DNA of 64,000 nucleotides from Bacilli bacterium (GTDB lineage Bacteria; Bacillota_I; Bacilli_A; RF39; UBA660): the NCBI GenBank assembly GCA_017522615.1, contig JAFWYR010000023.1, forward strand, positions 996 through 64,995, in the 5' to 3' direction. The translations under genes were made by a program, and so were the position numbers. The notes beneath the pieces were generated by a model. It was not told where the DNA came from, made no database searches, and saw only the letters and a list, made by a program, of their open reading frames with translations. Below are positions 1-9,206 of this stretch, piece after piece. The number at the start of each line of letters is the position of its first letter. Position 1 is the first letter of the stretch.

Positions 1-332
1 AACTAACATTAAAGCAAAATATCATCAGTACGCTATCAATAATTATAGGTGGACTTGTATATCATATAGTTCTAGTTAAGCTAGGTGGAACAGTTGCATG
101 GTTAGATGCTTTTACTTTAAGTATAGGAATCGTTGCCGTAATTTTACAAATGTTCAGATATAAAGAACAGTATTTCTGGTGGATTATCACAGACGTAATA
201 GCAGTAGCAATGTACATAATACATTTTGACCCAGTATATCTAACCAAAAAAAGTATTTACTTAATAATGGCTATAATAGGCATTGTCAACTGGACAAAAC
301 TAAACAGAGAACGTAATAAAACAAATGAGTAA
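1..332 (+). CDS. pnuC: Nicotinamide riboside transporter PnuC, C-terminal portion (5' end outside window)
   Basis: Frame 3 is open from the window edge to TAA 330-332. The translation ...LGGTVAWLDAFTLSIGIVAVILQMFRYKEQYFWWIITDVIAVAMY... resembles the conserved C-terminal TM helices of PnuC. An NrtR-type regulator lies 1.3 kb downstream. Confidence 0.75.
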   Translation, partial: LTLKQNIISTLSIIIGGLVYHIVLVKLGGTVAWLDAFTLSIGIVAVILQMFRYKEQYFWWIITDVIAVAMYIIHFDPVYLTKKSIYLIMAIIGIVNWTKLNRERNKTNE

Positions 333-342
333 GAGGTTAAAT

Positions 343-693
343 ATGTTTAATGAAGAAGAAATAATTGAATTTATAAATCGTATTATAAATTCACCCAATA
401 TAGATGATAGCGAAATAAAAACAAATATCACAAAATTTTATGAATATATTGTATTAACAAATATGTGTGATGATGAAACATTAAAAAAAGTGTCAACGAT
501 AATAGAATGCTTAAATGAAATACTCGCATTAAAGAAAAAAATAGAATATATCGACGTAAATAGCCTAATTTCAAAATCTAATAATCCAAAAAATTATCAA
601 AAAATACCAAATAATAGACATTTTTGTCATTATGAAAGTGGCGGTTATTCATCTTCATGCGGGTCTTCAAGAACGTATAGTAGTCATTGTTAA
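343..693 (+). CDS. Hypothetical 116-aa protein, helical N-terminal region plus Cys/Ser/Gly-rich C-terminal tail (candidate substrate of adjacent radical SAM enzyme)
   Basis: ATG 343 is preceded by AAGAGG (331-336), so the track start at 325 is less likely. The tail reads ...NNRHFCHYESGGYSSSCGSSRTYSSHC-stop. The stop overlaps the next start (TAATG, 691-695). Confidence 0.55.
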   Translation: MFNEEEIIEFINRIINSPNIDDSEIKTNITKFYEYIVLTNMCDDETLKKVSTIIECLNEILALKKKIEYIDVNSLISKSNNPKNYQKIPNNRHFCHYESGGYSSSCGSSRTYSSHC

Positions 694-1598
694 TGGAACA
701 AATTAAATTATTTAATCAACAACTAACCGTAAAAAATGAACTATGTAGTGAAGATCCAAAAGACATAAAATTATCAAGTTCAAAACTTAGATTATATATT
801 AAATTAACAGATGATTGTAACGCTCACTGTGGTTTTTGTGCAAATCAAAATAGCCAAGATTATGGAAATATAGATATGGATAAATTAAAATATGTAATTA
901 CATATCTTCTATCAAAAGATAAATTACATGGCATATCCATAACAGGGGGAGAGCCATTAACACATCCAGATAAACTATTTCAAATATTTGATCTTATTTA
1001 TAAGCTAAATCCAAATATCGAAGTTCAATTATCCACAAATGGTTATAACTTACTAAAATTATTAGAATATGATAATATAAATAAACTCGAAAGCATTCAC
1101 ATTTCAAAACACCATTATAATGATGAAATAAATTATGAAATCTTTAAATCTAAAAACATAGCTTCATCTGATGATATTTCAAAGTTAAGTCAAAGTCTAG
1201 AAGATAAACAAATAATTAATATAAATACGATAATTATGAAAGAATATATTTCTAACTTAAAAGAGATAAAAAATATGCTAGAACATACAGCCCAACTTGG
1301 TGTATATAAAAATGGTTTTGTATCTTTAATTAGATGTAATGAATTTGCAAAACAAAAATATATTAATTTTAATGAAATATTTAATAATTTAGATAAATCA
1401 TTTTTCAAAGGACATCACTTTTATCATAGAAATTACTGCGAATGCTTATGTGGAATGTATTTAACCAAAAATAATAAATTAATTGAATTTTACGCTCGCA
1501 TGATAAATAATAATCCATGCCCATATACATCTCAGTTAGTATATACATCAGATAATAAAGTAACAGCAGGATTTAGTAAAAAAATAATATATAAATAA
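693..1598 (+). CDS. Radical SAM enzyme, compact (~300 aa), family unassigned
   Basis: CNAHCGFCANQ is the CxxxCxxC motif about 45 aa from the N-terminus, and GISITGGEPL is the SAM-binding glycine motif. A C-terminal Cys group (YCECLCG...NPCPY) suggests a possible auxiliary cluster. The start is coupled to the upstream ORF. Confidence 0.85.
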   Translation: MEQIKLFNQQLTVKNELCSEDPKDIKLSSSKLRLYIKLTDDCNAHCGFCANQNSQDYGNIDMDKLKYVITYLLSKDKLHGISITGGEPLTHPDKLFQIFDLIYKLNPNIEVQLSTNGYNLLKLLEYDNINKLESIHISKHHYNDEINYEIFKSKNIASSDDISKLSQSLEDKQIININTIIMKEYISNLKEIKNMLEHTAQLGVYKNGFVSLIRCNEFAKQKYINFNEIFNNLDKSFFKGHHFYHRNYCECLCGMYLTKNNKLIEFYARMINNNPCPYTSQLVYTSDNKVTAGFSKKIIYK

Positions 1599-1671
1599 TT
1601 ATAACTACAAAATAATAATGTAGAAAAAAGAAAAAAATTAATGTATAATTAATTCATAGAAGGTGAATAAA

Positions 1672-2493
1672 ATGTATAGTACTGAAGAAGAATTCTTAAA
1701 AAATTATAACCCTGATGAATTTGAAAAATTATCGATGACAACCGACATTATGATTTTAAGCGTATCAGACCAAGAGGTTTCAAATTATCGAAAAACAAGC
1801 AAAAAAATGATGAGTATTCTTCTAGTAAAAAGAGATGATTTTCCATATAAAAACAAATGGTGTCTTCCAGGAGGTTTTCTAAACCCATCAACGGAAACTT
1901 TAGAAGAATGCGCAAGAAGAGTATTAAAAAGAGAAACGAATCTATCCGACATATATATGGAACAGTTATATACATTCGATAGAATAGACCGAGATCCTAG
2001 ACTAAGAGTAGTATCATGTTCTTATATTGCCTTAGTGGATAAAAAAAGATTAAACCAAGAAGTTAAAAACGCCAGCTGGTTTGATATTATAGACATAAAA
2101 GAGGATAAAGGAATCGTCCGCCTAACTTTAAGCAATGGCAAAGAAATAATAGACTTCAGCGTAAAAAAGACTCTAAGAAAAAATTCATCAGATCGTTATT
2201 CTTTTGAAACTGACAAAAATGATTCTTTAGCGTTTGATCACGATATTGTTATTCTTGCTGGATTAGAAAGAATAAAAAATAAGATAAACTATACAGATAT
2301 CGTCTTTAATATGATGGGAAAATATTTTACTCTAGGTGATTTGCAAAGGGTATATGAAGTAATACTAAACAAAAAATTATTAGATCCTGCATTTAGAAGA
2401 ATAATTGCGGATAAAGTAGAAAAGACCGATAAAATGCGTGGTGGTGAAGGACATCGTCCATCCTATTTATATAAATATAAGAAATCAGAATAA
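1672..2493 (+). CDS. nrtR: Nudix-related transcriptional regulator of NAD metabolism (NrtR-like)
   Basis: It has the Nudix box WCLPGGFLNPSTETLEECARRVLKRETNL plus a C-terminal winged-helix-like segment FTLGDLQRVYEVILNKKLLDPAFRR. ATG 1672 follows AGAAGGTGA. It is near pnuC. Confidence 0.7.
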   Translation: MYSTEEEFLKNYNPDEFEKLSMTTDIMILSVSDQEVSNYRKTSKKMMSILLVKRDDFPYKNKWCLPGGFLNPSTETLEECARRVLKRETNLSDIYMEQLYTFDRIDRDPRLRVVSCSYIALVDKKRLNQEVKNASWFDIIDIKEDKGIVRLTLSNGKEIIDFSVKKTLRKNSSDRYSFETDKNDSLAFDHDIVILAGLERIKNKINYTDIVFNMMGKYFTLGDLQRVYEVILNKKLLDPAFRRIIADKVEKTDKMRGGEGHRPSYLYKYKKSE

Positions 2494-2515
2494 TCAGGTA
2501 ATCCTGATTTTTTTG
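2492..2515 (+). terminator. Rho-independent terminator after nrtR
   Basis: AATCAGG-taat-CCTGATT hairpin followed by a T-run. Confidence 0.7.
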
Positions 2516-2564
2516 ATTAAAAAAAACAAAACTTCACATATTATAATAGAAAGGAGAAATAAAA

Positions 2565-2756
2565 ATGACACAAAAAGAACTATTATACATTGAAGATGCA
2601 ATAGGACATGAAAATACAATAATAAAAGTATGTGAAGACATGATTAATAACCTTCAAGATGAAAATTTAAAATCATTTATCAAAGAAGAATTACCAATTC
2701 ACCAAAACACAAAAGAAAACTTATTGAATATGTTGGAGGTGAAATCCAATGAATGA
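2565..2756 (+). CDS. Small hypothetical protein, overlaps and is probably co-translated with the CotF-like gene
   Basis: 63-aa ORF with the RBS AAAGGAGA upstream. It overlaps the next ORF by 8 nt. I recognise no motif. Confidence 0.4.
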   Translation: MTQKELLYIEDAIGHENTIIKVCEDMINNLQDENLKSFIKEELPIHQNTKENLLNMLEVKSNE

Positions 2757-2997
2757 TCAAATTACAATGGACAATTATTTGTTAATATTAAAAAGTACAG
2801 TTGAAGTATATATCCATGGTACTCTAGAAAGTTCAAATGAAGATATTAAAAATCTATTAAAACAAGGGTTAGATGAAACAATAAACCATCAAGCTAGGAC
2901 ATATAATGAAATGACAAAATATGGATGGTACCAAATTAATAATGTTGAAAATAATATAATTAAACAAACATTAAATAAAGTAAATGCATCTAATTAA
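2749..2997 (+). CDS. Spore coat protein F (Coat_F domain)-like protein
   Basis: MDNYLLILKSTVEVYIHGTLESSNEDIKNLLKQGLDETINHQARTYNEM resembles the Coat_F helical pattern. A hairpin terminator follows (ACAAGTAT/ATACTTGT plus T-run near 3009-3035). Confidence 0.5.
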   Translation: MNDQITMDNYLLILKSTVEVYIHGTLESSNEDIKNLLKQGLDETINHQARTYNEMTKYGWYQINNVENNIIKQTLNKVNASN

Positions 2998-3087
2998 TAA
3001 CACGAAGACAAGTATTATACTTGTTTTTTTTATAGTCAATAATGTATAATATAATCAGTTATTAAGATTGTAGTGAGGAGAATAAAA

Positions 3088-3480
3088 ATGAATCAAGAAT
3101 TAAAACAAGCTATAGAAGCAAAACAAATAGCCTACTCACCTTATAGTAACTTTGAGGTAGGAGCTATATTAAAATGTAAAAATGGAAACATATATAGAGG
3201 ATGCAATATCGAAAATAATGGTATTCAAAGTATATGCGCGGAAAGGACAGCTTTTGCTAAAGCCTTATCAGAAGGAGAAAGAGAATTTGAAAGTATAACA
3301 GTCGTTGGATCAGAAAAAGGAAAAGATATAGATGAAGAATGTTTACCTTGTGGATATTGCCGCCAGTTTATAAGTGAATTTGTAGATAAAGAGTTTAAAA
3401 TAATAACCTATGATGGTAAAGAAATAAAAGAATATAAGATAGATGAGCTATTGCCACATAGCTTTAAATTAGATAAATAA
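3088..3480 (+). CDS. cdd: Cytidine deaminase
   Basis: CAERTAF (H/C-A-E zinc motif) and PCGYCRQFISEF (PCxxC), with the typical ~130 aa size. ATG 3088 follows GAGGAG. Confidence 0.9.
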   Translation: MNQELKQAIEAKQIAYSPYSNFEVGAILKCKNGNIYRGCNIENNGIQSICAERTAFAKALSEGEREFESITVVGSEKGKDIDEECLPCGYCRQFISEFVDKEFKIITYDGKEIKEYKIDELLPHSFKLDK

Positions 3481-3534
3481 AGTGGATGAAAAATCTGCTT
3501 TTTTTGATATAATATGTCAAAGGAAGTGTTTTAT

Positions 3535-3972
3535 ATGGATTTAGACAGATTAAAACATTCTTATTCTGTTGCTAAAAAAATGATTGAAATAGGAATTAAT
3601 ATGAATTTAAGTGAAGAAGAGATACAAGAATTATTTATTTTAGGATTTAATCACGATATTGGATATGAATATACCGAAAATGGAAAAAATCATGGACCAA
3701 TTGGAGGAGAATTATTAAGAAAAAGTGGTTATAAATATTGGAAAGAAGTCTTCTATCACGGAATATTAACTGATGAATATGAATCATTATACTTAAACAT
3801 TTTAAACATGGCTGATATGCAGATAGATAAATATGGAAATGATGTTGGATATGAAAGCCGTTTAGAAGATATAAAAAGTAGATATGGAGAAGATTCTGTA
3901 GTATATGAAAGAGTAACTGCTTTAGTAAATCACTTAAAGAAAGAAGAAAAAGCTAAATCAAAAAAAAGATGA
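3535..3972 (+). CDS. HD-domain phosphohydrolase
   Basis: GFNHDIGYEY is the HD motif. The ATG at 3535 has AAGGAAG upstream. The alternative ATG at 3514 directly abuts a TATAAT box. Confidence 0.6.
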   Translation: MDLDRLKHSYSVAKKMIEIGINMNLSEEEIQELFILGFNHDIGYEYTENGKNHGPIGGELLRKSGYKYWKEVFYHGILTDEYESLYLNILNMADMQIDKYGNDVGYESRLEDIKSRYGEDSVVYERVTALVNHLKKEEKAKSKKR

Positions 3973-4092
3973 ATTTTCATCTTTTTTTAAATTTAATATT
4001 AATTCAACCTAGAGTTTAGTTATCTCAACTCACGCTTTATTGATTAATGTAATAATAAGATTATATAATAGTTTCATGAAAGGAATGATAAA

Positions 4093-4335
4093 ATGAAAAT
4101 TATCGTAATAAGCGCAATATGGTGTCCATCTTGTTTAATACTATCAAAACATTTAAAAAAATTAAAAGAAAAATATCCAAATTTAGAAATAGAAAAATAT
4201 GATTATGACTTTGATGAAGAGGAAGTAAAAAAATATGAAGTTGGTAAAATCCTTCCAGTAATCATCAAAGGAGATAAAAGACTAATTGGTGAAAAGACTC
4301 TAGAAGAAATTGAGGTGTTTATAAATGAAGAATAA
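4093..4335 (+). CDS. Small thioredoxin/glutaredoxin-like protein
   Basis: WCPSC redox motif at the N-terminus of an 80-aa protein. It overlaps the next gene. Confidence 0.55.
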   Translation: MKIIVISAIWCPSCLILSKHLKKLKEKYPNLEIEKYDYDFDEEEVKKYEVGKILPVIIKGDKRLIGEKTLEEIEVFINEE

Positions 4336-5500
4336 AATAATATTATTAATACTAGCTATTACAATTTTTCTTCCATTAAATGTATCAGCTTTATCAGATA
4401 AATATGTCGATAAAGTAGCAAGTATAACAGGTGAAGAAGTAAAAGAAGATAAAATAAGCATCTACCTATTTCATGGAGAAGAATGTCCTCACTGTGCGGA
4501 TGAAAAGAAGTGGTTAAAAACCATGCAAAAAGAATATGGAAAATATATAGATATATATACTTATGAAGTATGGCACAATGATGAAAATGTTGAAAAAATG
4601 GAAAAGGTAAGTGAAGAATTAAAAGCTGATGCCGACGGAGTACCATTCACAATTATTGGAGATACGTATTTCGTTGGATATTCTGATACAATAGCTTCAA
4701 AAATGGAAAATAAAATAAAAGAATATGCTGAAATAAAAACTAATTCTGATGAAGCTGATATTCCAATTCTGGGAAAGGTAAATGTCAAAAAAGTATCCAT
4801 TCCTTTAGTGGCTGTAATTTTAGGATTTATAGATGGATTTAATCCATGTGCTATGTGGATTTTACTATTTTTAATTAACATGTTTTTTAATATGAAAAAC
4901 AGAAAAAAAGCATGGATACTTGGAATAGTATTCCTTCTAGTATCAGCTTTTGTATATTTCTTATCCATGTTAGGAATAAATTTAATATTAGGAATTGCAA
5001 CTATTAGTATTCTTAAAATTGCCATCGCCGTATTTATTTTAATTGCTGGAATACTTAATCTAAAAAAATATATAACTATCAGAAATGAAGAAAATGGCTG
5101 TACCGTAGTCGATGATAAAAAAAGAAAAAAATTAATAACAAAAGTAAAAAAAATAATGGACAGTAAAAGCTTTATATTATCTATTGTTGGTATAATTTTA
5201 TTAGCCACCTCAGTTAATTTAATCGAACTTGCGTGCTCTCTAGGATTTCCAATGATATTTACAGAAATACTAAGTATTAATGAAATAACAGGACTACCTA
5301 GAATATTAAACTTACTACTATATATTGTATTCTATATGATTGATGATATGGTTGTATTTACAATTTCTATGGTTACCTTAGAAGCAACAGGTATAACAAA
5401 CAAATATAATAAATTATGTACATTAGTAAGTGCGATAATAATGATAATTATGGGACTATTATTAATCCTAAAACCAGAATGGTTAATGTTAAATTTTTAA
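4325..5500 (+). CDS. Membrane protein: exported thioredoxin-like domain fused to a DsbD/CcdA-like polytopic domain
   Basis: An N-terminal signal/TM segment is followed by GEECPHCADEKKW (CxxC), then multiple TM helices including GFIDGFNPCAMWILLFL (a conserved membrane Cys, as in CcdA/DsbD-type electron transporters). Confidence 0.55.
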   Translation: MKNKIILLILAITIFLPLNVSALSDKYVDKVASITGEEVKEDKISIYLFHGEECPHCADEKKWLKTMQKEYGKYIDIYTYEVWHNDENVEKMEKVSEELKADADGVPFTIIGDTYFVGYSDTIASKMENKIKEYAEIKTNSDEADIPILGKVNVKKVSIPLVAVILGFIDGFNPCAMWILLFLINMFFNMKNRKKAWILGIVFLLVSAFVYFLSMLGINLILGIATISILKIAIAVFILIAGILNLKKYITIRNEENGCTVVDDKKRKKLITKVKKIMDSKSFILSIVGIILLATSVNLIELACSLGFPMIFTEILSINEITGLPRILNLLLYIVFYMIDDMVVFTISMVTLEATGITNKYNKLCTLVSAIIMIIMGLLLILKPEWLMLNF

Positions 5501-5513
5501 GGAGATGATATAA

Positions 5514-6623
5514 ATGATATATTTAGATTATGCAGCTAATACTCCAGTAGATGATAGAGTATTAAACACTTTTATAGAAGCCACAAAAAAATATATGGCA
5601 AACCCTAACAGTTCACATTATATAGGGAAAAAAGCTAAAGAAATCATCGACGAATCATCAGAATATTTAGCTGATTATTTTAACTGCAAAAAAAACGGAA
5701 TAATATATACAAGTGGATCTTCCGAATCCAATAATTTAGTTATCAAAGGAATTGCTGAAAAAAATAGAAATAAAGGAAACAAAATAATCATCTCTGCCGT
5801 TGAACACTCAAGCATTGTCGCCCCTTGTAACTATCTATCATCCAAAGGATATGAAATATCAGTTATACCTTTAGATGAAAACGGATTAGTTGATCTAAAA
5901 ATATTAAAAAAAGAAATAGATGAAAATACAATATTGACAAGTATAAATGCGGTTGACTCAGAACTAGGAACAAGGCAACCTATAGAAGAGATAGGAAAGA
6001 TAGTAAAAAAATATCCAAACTGTGTATTTCATACAGACGCTACTCAAGCTATAGGTAAAGTAGATATTGACTATAAAGATGTCGATTTCATTACATTTGC
6101 TCCTCATAAATTTTTCGGACTAAATGGATTTGGCGTCTTAATAAATAGAAATAATATAAAAATAACACCTTTAATTCACGGTGGAAAAAGTACAACTATC
6201 TTTAGAAGCGGAACCCCCGTAACCGCAAATGTAATAGCTTTAAAAAAAGCTTTTGAACTTGCCACTGAAAATCTAGAAGATAGATATAAATACATATCAA
6301 ATTTAAATAAAGAATTAAGAGAAAAGTTAAGTAAAATAAAATGTATACACATTAATTCACCAAAATCATCAATACCAAACACTTTAAACATAAGTCTAAT
6401 TGGTAAAGATACAAAAAGCATTTTAAAAGAGCTAGAGAAAAACGAAATATATGTATCAACAACTACTGCCTGTGCTTTAGGAGATGCTCCTTCAAAATCA
6501 GTTCTAGCCATAACTAACGATAAATCATTAGCTTCCAATACGATAAGAATAAGCATTTCACATTTGACAAAAAAAAGTGAGATAGATAAATTTATCAACA
6601 TATTAAAATCACTCTTAAAATAG
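5514..6623 (+). CDS. Cysteine desulfurase (class V aminotransferase, NifS/IscS-like)
   Basis: MIYLDYAANTP start, FAPHKFFG (PLP lysine) and STTTACALG (active-site Cys loop). Confidence 0.85.
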   Translation: MIYLDYAANTPVDDRVLNTFIEATKKYMANPNSSHYIGKKAKEIIDESSEYLADYFNCKKNGIIYTSGSSESNNLVIKGIAEKNRNKGNKIIISAVEHSSIVAPCNYLSSKGYEISVIPLDENGLVDLKILKKEIDENTILTSINAVDSELGTRQPIEEIGKIVKKYPNCVFHTDATQAIGKVDIDYKDVDFITFAPHKFFGLNGFGVLINRNNIKITPLIHGGKSTTIFRSGTPVTANVIALKKAFELATENLEDRYKYISNLNKELREKLSKIKCIHINSPKSSIPNTLNISLIGKDTKSILKELEKNEIYVSTTTACALGDAPSKSVLAITNDKSLASNTIRISISHLTKKSEIDKFINILKSLLK

Positions 6624-6647
6624 ACAGATTATAGTATCTGTCTTTTA
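6622..6647 (+). terminator. Rho-independent terminator after the cysteine desulfurase gene
   Basis: AGACAGAT-tatagt-ATCTGTCT hairpin followed by TTT. Confidence 0.65.
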
Positions 6648-6698
6648 TGTGGTATAATTATTGTAGAATATTAAAAAAATTAAAAATAGAAAAGAGGT

Positions 6699-7319
6699 GT
6701 GAAATTGAGAAATTATGATTTAGAAGTTCTAATATCAGAAAATATTGACATCACAAAACTAGAAGACTCAAACTTTGACTCTCCTTTAGGTACTGGTTCT
6801 ACCTCAGGATTAATATTTGGAACAACCGGAGGGGTATGTGAAGCAATACTTAGAACAGCTTACTATTATATGAATGGAGAAAACTTATCTAAAGACAATC
6901 TAATTTTTAAAGATATAAGAGGAATGAATGGTATTAAAGAAAGTAAAGTAAAAACAAAAGATAGAGAAATAAAAGTAGCAGTATGTAATGGAATAAAAAA
7001 TGCCAAAAAATTAATAGATAAATTGATAAAAAAAGAAGTACATTATGATCTTATCGAAGTAATGAATTGTATAGGTAGATGTATAGCTGGAGGAGGACAA
7101 CCTAAAACCTCACTCCTAGAATCATCAAAAATAAAGAAAATAAGAATGGATTCGTTATATAAAGAAGATGAAAAAAAGACACTAAGATTATGTCATGGAA
7201 ATAAAGAAATAATAGATATATATGATAACTATTTAATAAAACCAAATAGCGAGATAGCTTTAAATTTATTACATACTCACTATGAAGATAAATCAAAAAT
7301 GTTAGGAGGAGATATATAA
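6699..7319 (+). CDS. [FeFe]-hydrogenase-like C-terminal module only (lacks the N-terminal part of the H-domain)
   Basis: GTTGGVCEAILRTAYYY and EVMNCIGRCIAGGGQP (7056-7103) match the last H-cluster motif region ExMxCxxxCxxGGGQP. The tail SLYKEDEKKTLRLCHGNKEIIDIYDNYL resembles the small-subunit domain. The TSCCP and MPCxxK motifs are absent. The start is GTG 6699 or TTG 6705. Confidence 0.65.
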   Translation: MKLRNYDLEVLISENIDITKLEDSNFDSPLGTGSTSGLIFGTTGGVCEAILRTAYYYMNGENLSKDNLIFKDIRGMNGIKESKVKTKDREIKVAVCNGIKNAKKLIDKLIKKEVHYDLIEVMNCIGRCIAGGGQPKTSLLESSKIKKIRMDSLYKEDEKKTLRLCHGNKEIIDIYDNYLIKPNSEIALNLLHTHYEDKSKMLGGDI

Positions 7320-8569
7320 TGATAGATTTAGAAAATTCAAAATTAGCCCTTCACTGTCTTTCGTGTGTTACGAAACCATGTCAAGTGGGATGTCCTCTTA
7401 ATAATGATATACCAACTTTTATAAAATATATTAAAGAAAATAATTATGAAAAAGCTTTTGAAACATTACAAGAAACAAGTGTGTTAACTCCGATATGCGG
7501 TAGGATTTGTCCACATTTTCAGCAGTGCCAAGGTTCATGTGTTAGAAGATTCTCATCTGAACCAGTTCAAATTGGCAAATTAGAAGCTTTAGTTGGAGAT
7601 ATTGCTTTAGAAAAAGAATGGAATATCTATTCACCAAAAGAGACTAAATATAATGTTGCCGTTATTGGTTCAGGCCCAGCTAGCCTTACATGTGCAGCTT
7701 TCCTAAGAAGAAATGGTATAAAAGTAACTATATATGAAAAATATGATCATTTAGGTGGAATACTTTCCCATGGGATTCCAGACTTTAGACTAGACCCTAA
7801 AATAGTAAAAAAAGTCATAGAAAGAATAATAGATTTAGGAATAGAAGTAAAATACAATATAGAATTAGGTAAAGATATAAAACTTGAAGAGTTAAAAGAA
7901 AACTACGACGCTATATTTATTGGAATAGGTGCTAACATATCGAATCAAATGAATATTCCAGGAGAAAATTTAAAAGGAGTATATGGAGGAAACGAAGTTT
8001 TAGAGCGTAATATCCAAGTAGATTATAAAGGAAAAACAGTAATTGTATCAGGTGGAGGAAACGTCGCAATGGATATATCTAGAACAGCCAAAAGATTAGG
8101 TGCGAAAAGAGTAATAGTTGTATATAGAAGAAGTGAAAAAGAAATGCCAGCAGATAAAAAAGAAGTAGAAGAAGCTAAAAATGATGGTGTTGAATTCATA
8201 TATCAAACTAATATAGTTAAAATTTTAGGACAAGAAAAAATAGAAAGAATAGAAGTAGTTAAGACAGAATTAATACAAAAAGAAGGAGAGACAAGACTAT
8301 TGCCAATCAATATAGAAGGAAGTAACTATGAAATATCTTGTGACATAATAATGATGGCCATAGGTTCTCATCCCGAAGAATATGTAAAAGATTTTAATTT
8401 AGAAAAAAACAGCCAAGGGAAAATAAAGATAGATAAAGATAATCATACATCAGATAAAAAAGTTTTTTCAGGAGGAGATGTAGCCGGAATAAAATCCACA
8501 GTTGCCTGGGCATCACGTTCTGGAAGAAATGCAGCTTACTCTATAATAAAGTATTTAAAAAGCCTCTAA
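7319..8569 (+). CDS. GltD-like NAD(P)H-dependent oxidoreductase (glutamate synthase small subunit family)
   Basis: N-terminal Fe-S Cys motifs (CLSCVTKPCQVGCP...ICGRICPHFQQCQGSC) and two Rossmann motifs (VAVIGSGPASL, VIVSGGGNVAMD). Its start overlaps the upstream stop. Confidence 0.8.
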   Translation: MIDLENSKLALHCLSCVTKPCQVGCPLNNDIPTFIKYIKENNYEKAFETLQETSVLTPICGRICPHFQQCQGSCVRRFSSEPVQIGKLEALVGDIALEKEWNIYSPKETKYNVAVIGSGPASLTCAAFLRRNGIKVTIYEKYDHLGGILSHGIPDFRLDPKIVKKVIERIIDLGIEVKYNIELGKDIKLEELKENYDAIFIGIGANISNQMNIPGENLKGVYGGNEVLERNIQVDYKGKTVIVSGGGNVAMDISRTAKRLGAKRVIVVYRRSEKEMPADKKEVEEAKNDGVEFIYQTNIVKILGQEKIERIEVVKTELIQKEGETRLLPINIEGSNYEISCDIIMMAIGSHPEEYVKDFNLEKNSQGKIKIDKDNHTSDKKVFSGGDVAGIKSTVAWASRSGRNAAYSIIKYLKSL

Positions 8570-8588
8570 ACAATTAGAGACTTTTTCA

Positions 8589-9206
8589 TTATCTAGTTAA
8601 TGATTTACCACCTGAATAAGTAAGCTCTTTAACTAATACTTTAACAGGTGCACTAGTAATTAATAATAATTCTTTGTTATGTGGTGAATCAATATCTCTA
8701 GCAAGTCTATATCTTTCATCAGAAAGAGAATTATAATATTCCACAATTTTTTCGTATATTTGAACAATATCATCTAAATCTTTATCGTCTGAATTAACAC
8801 AAGCACCTAAAAAATGATCTTTAGAAAATTTTGGGATTGATATAAGATCTGTACCTAAACCATTACCTATAATCGCTCCAAAATGATCCATAGTAGGAGC
8901 AGGATAAAAATGTTTTCCATAAAGACTAATAATTTTAGAGTTAAATAACTTGTCGTCACTCGCAATAGTTTTAGGTATCCTAATTCCTTCTTCATTTAAA
9001 TAACCTAACGCTCCATTAAGTCCAAATTCTTCTAACTCTGAATAATCGATATTACGTGATAATAAAAATTGATTATAATCTGTTAACTCTCTAGACATAC
9101 TTTTTCTAGCTGATGAAAATAGTTCTAGTATTCCATCGTAATTTTCTGGATTAAATCCGTTACTGATAATATAATCTAAAAATAAAATTGAATCAACATT
9201 TTCCAT
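8589..9206 (-). CDS. Hypothetical protein (205 aa)
   Basis: Long ORF with the RBS GAGGAGA upstream, convergent with the GltD-like gene. I recognise no motif. Confidence 0.5.
   Translation of the reverse strand: MENVDSILFLDYIISNGFNPENYDGILELFSSARKSMSRELTDYNQFLLSRNIDYSELEEFGLNGALGYLNEEGIRIPKTIASDDKLFNSKIISLYGKHFYPAPTMDHFGAIIGNGLGTDLISIPKFSKDHFLGACVNSDDKDLDDIVQIYEKIVEYYNSLSDERYRLARDIDSPHNKELLLITSAPVKVLVKELTYSGGKSLTR

Noticed and set aside
1605-1623. Inverted repeat CTACA-N9-TGTAG upstream of nrtR, considered as an NrtR operator.
   Set aside because: The arms are only 5 bp in AT-rich DNA. I cannot recall the lineage-specific NrtR motif well enough to match it. The pnuC upstream region, which would be the informative comparison, is outside the window.
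4561-5208. Long antisense ORFs in the six-frame track. Examples: 4561-5208 (-), 9352-9978 (-), 32853-33434 (-), 13682-14038 (+), 48159-48485 (+), 49399-49830 (+), 62370-62591 (+) and 63476-63811 (-).
   Set aside because: Each lies entirely inside a well-supported gene on the opposite strand. They have Phe/Ile/Leu/Ser-rich low-complexity translations typical of shadow frames in AT-rich DNA, and they lack RBSs.
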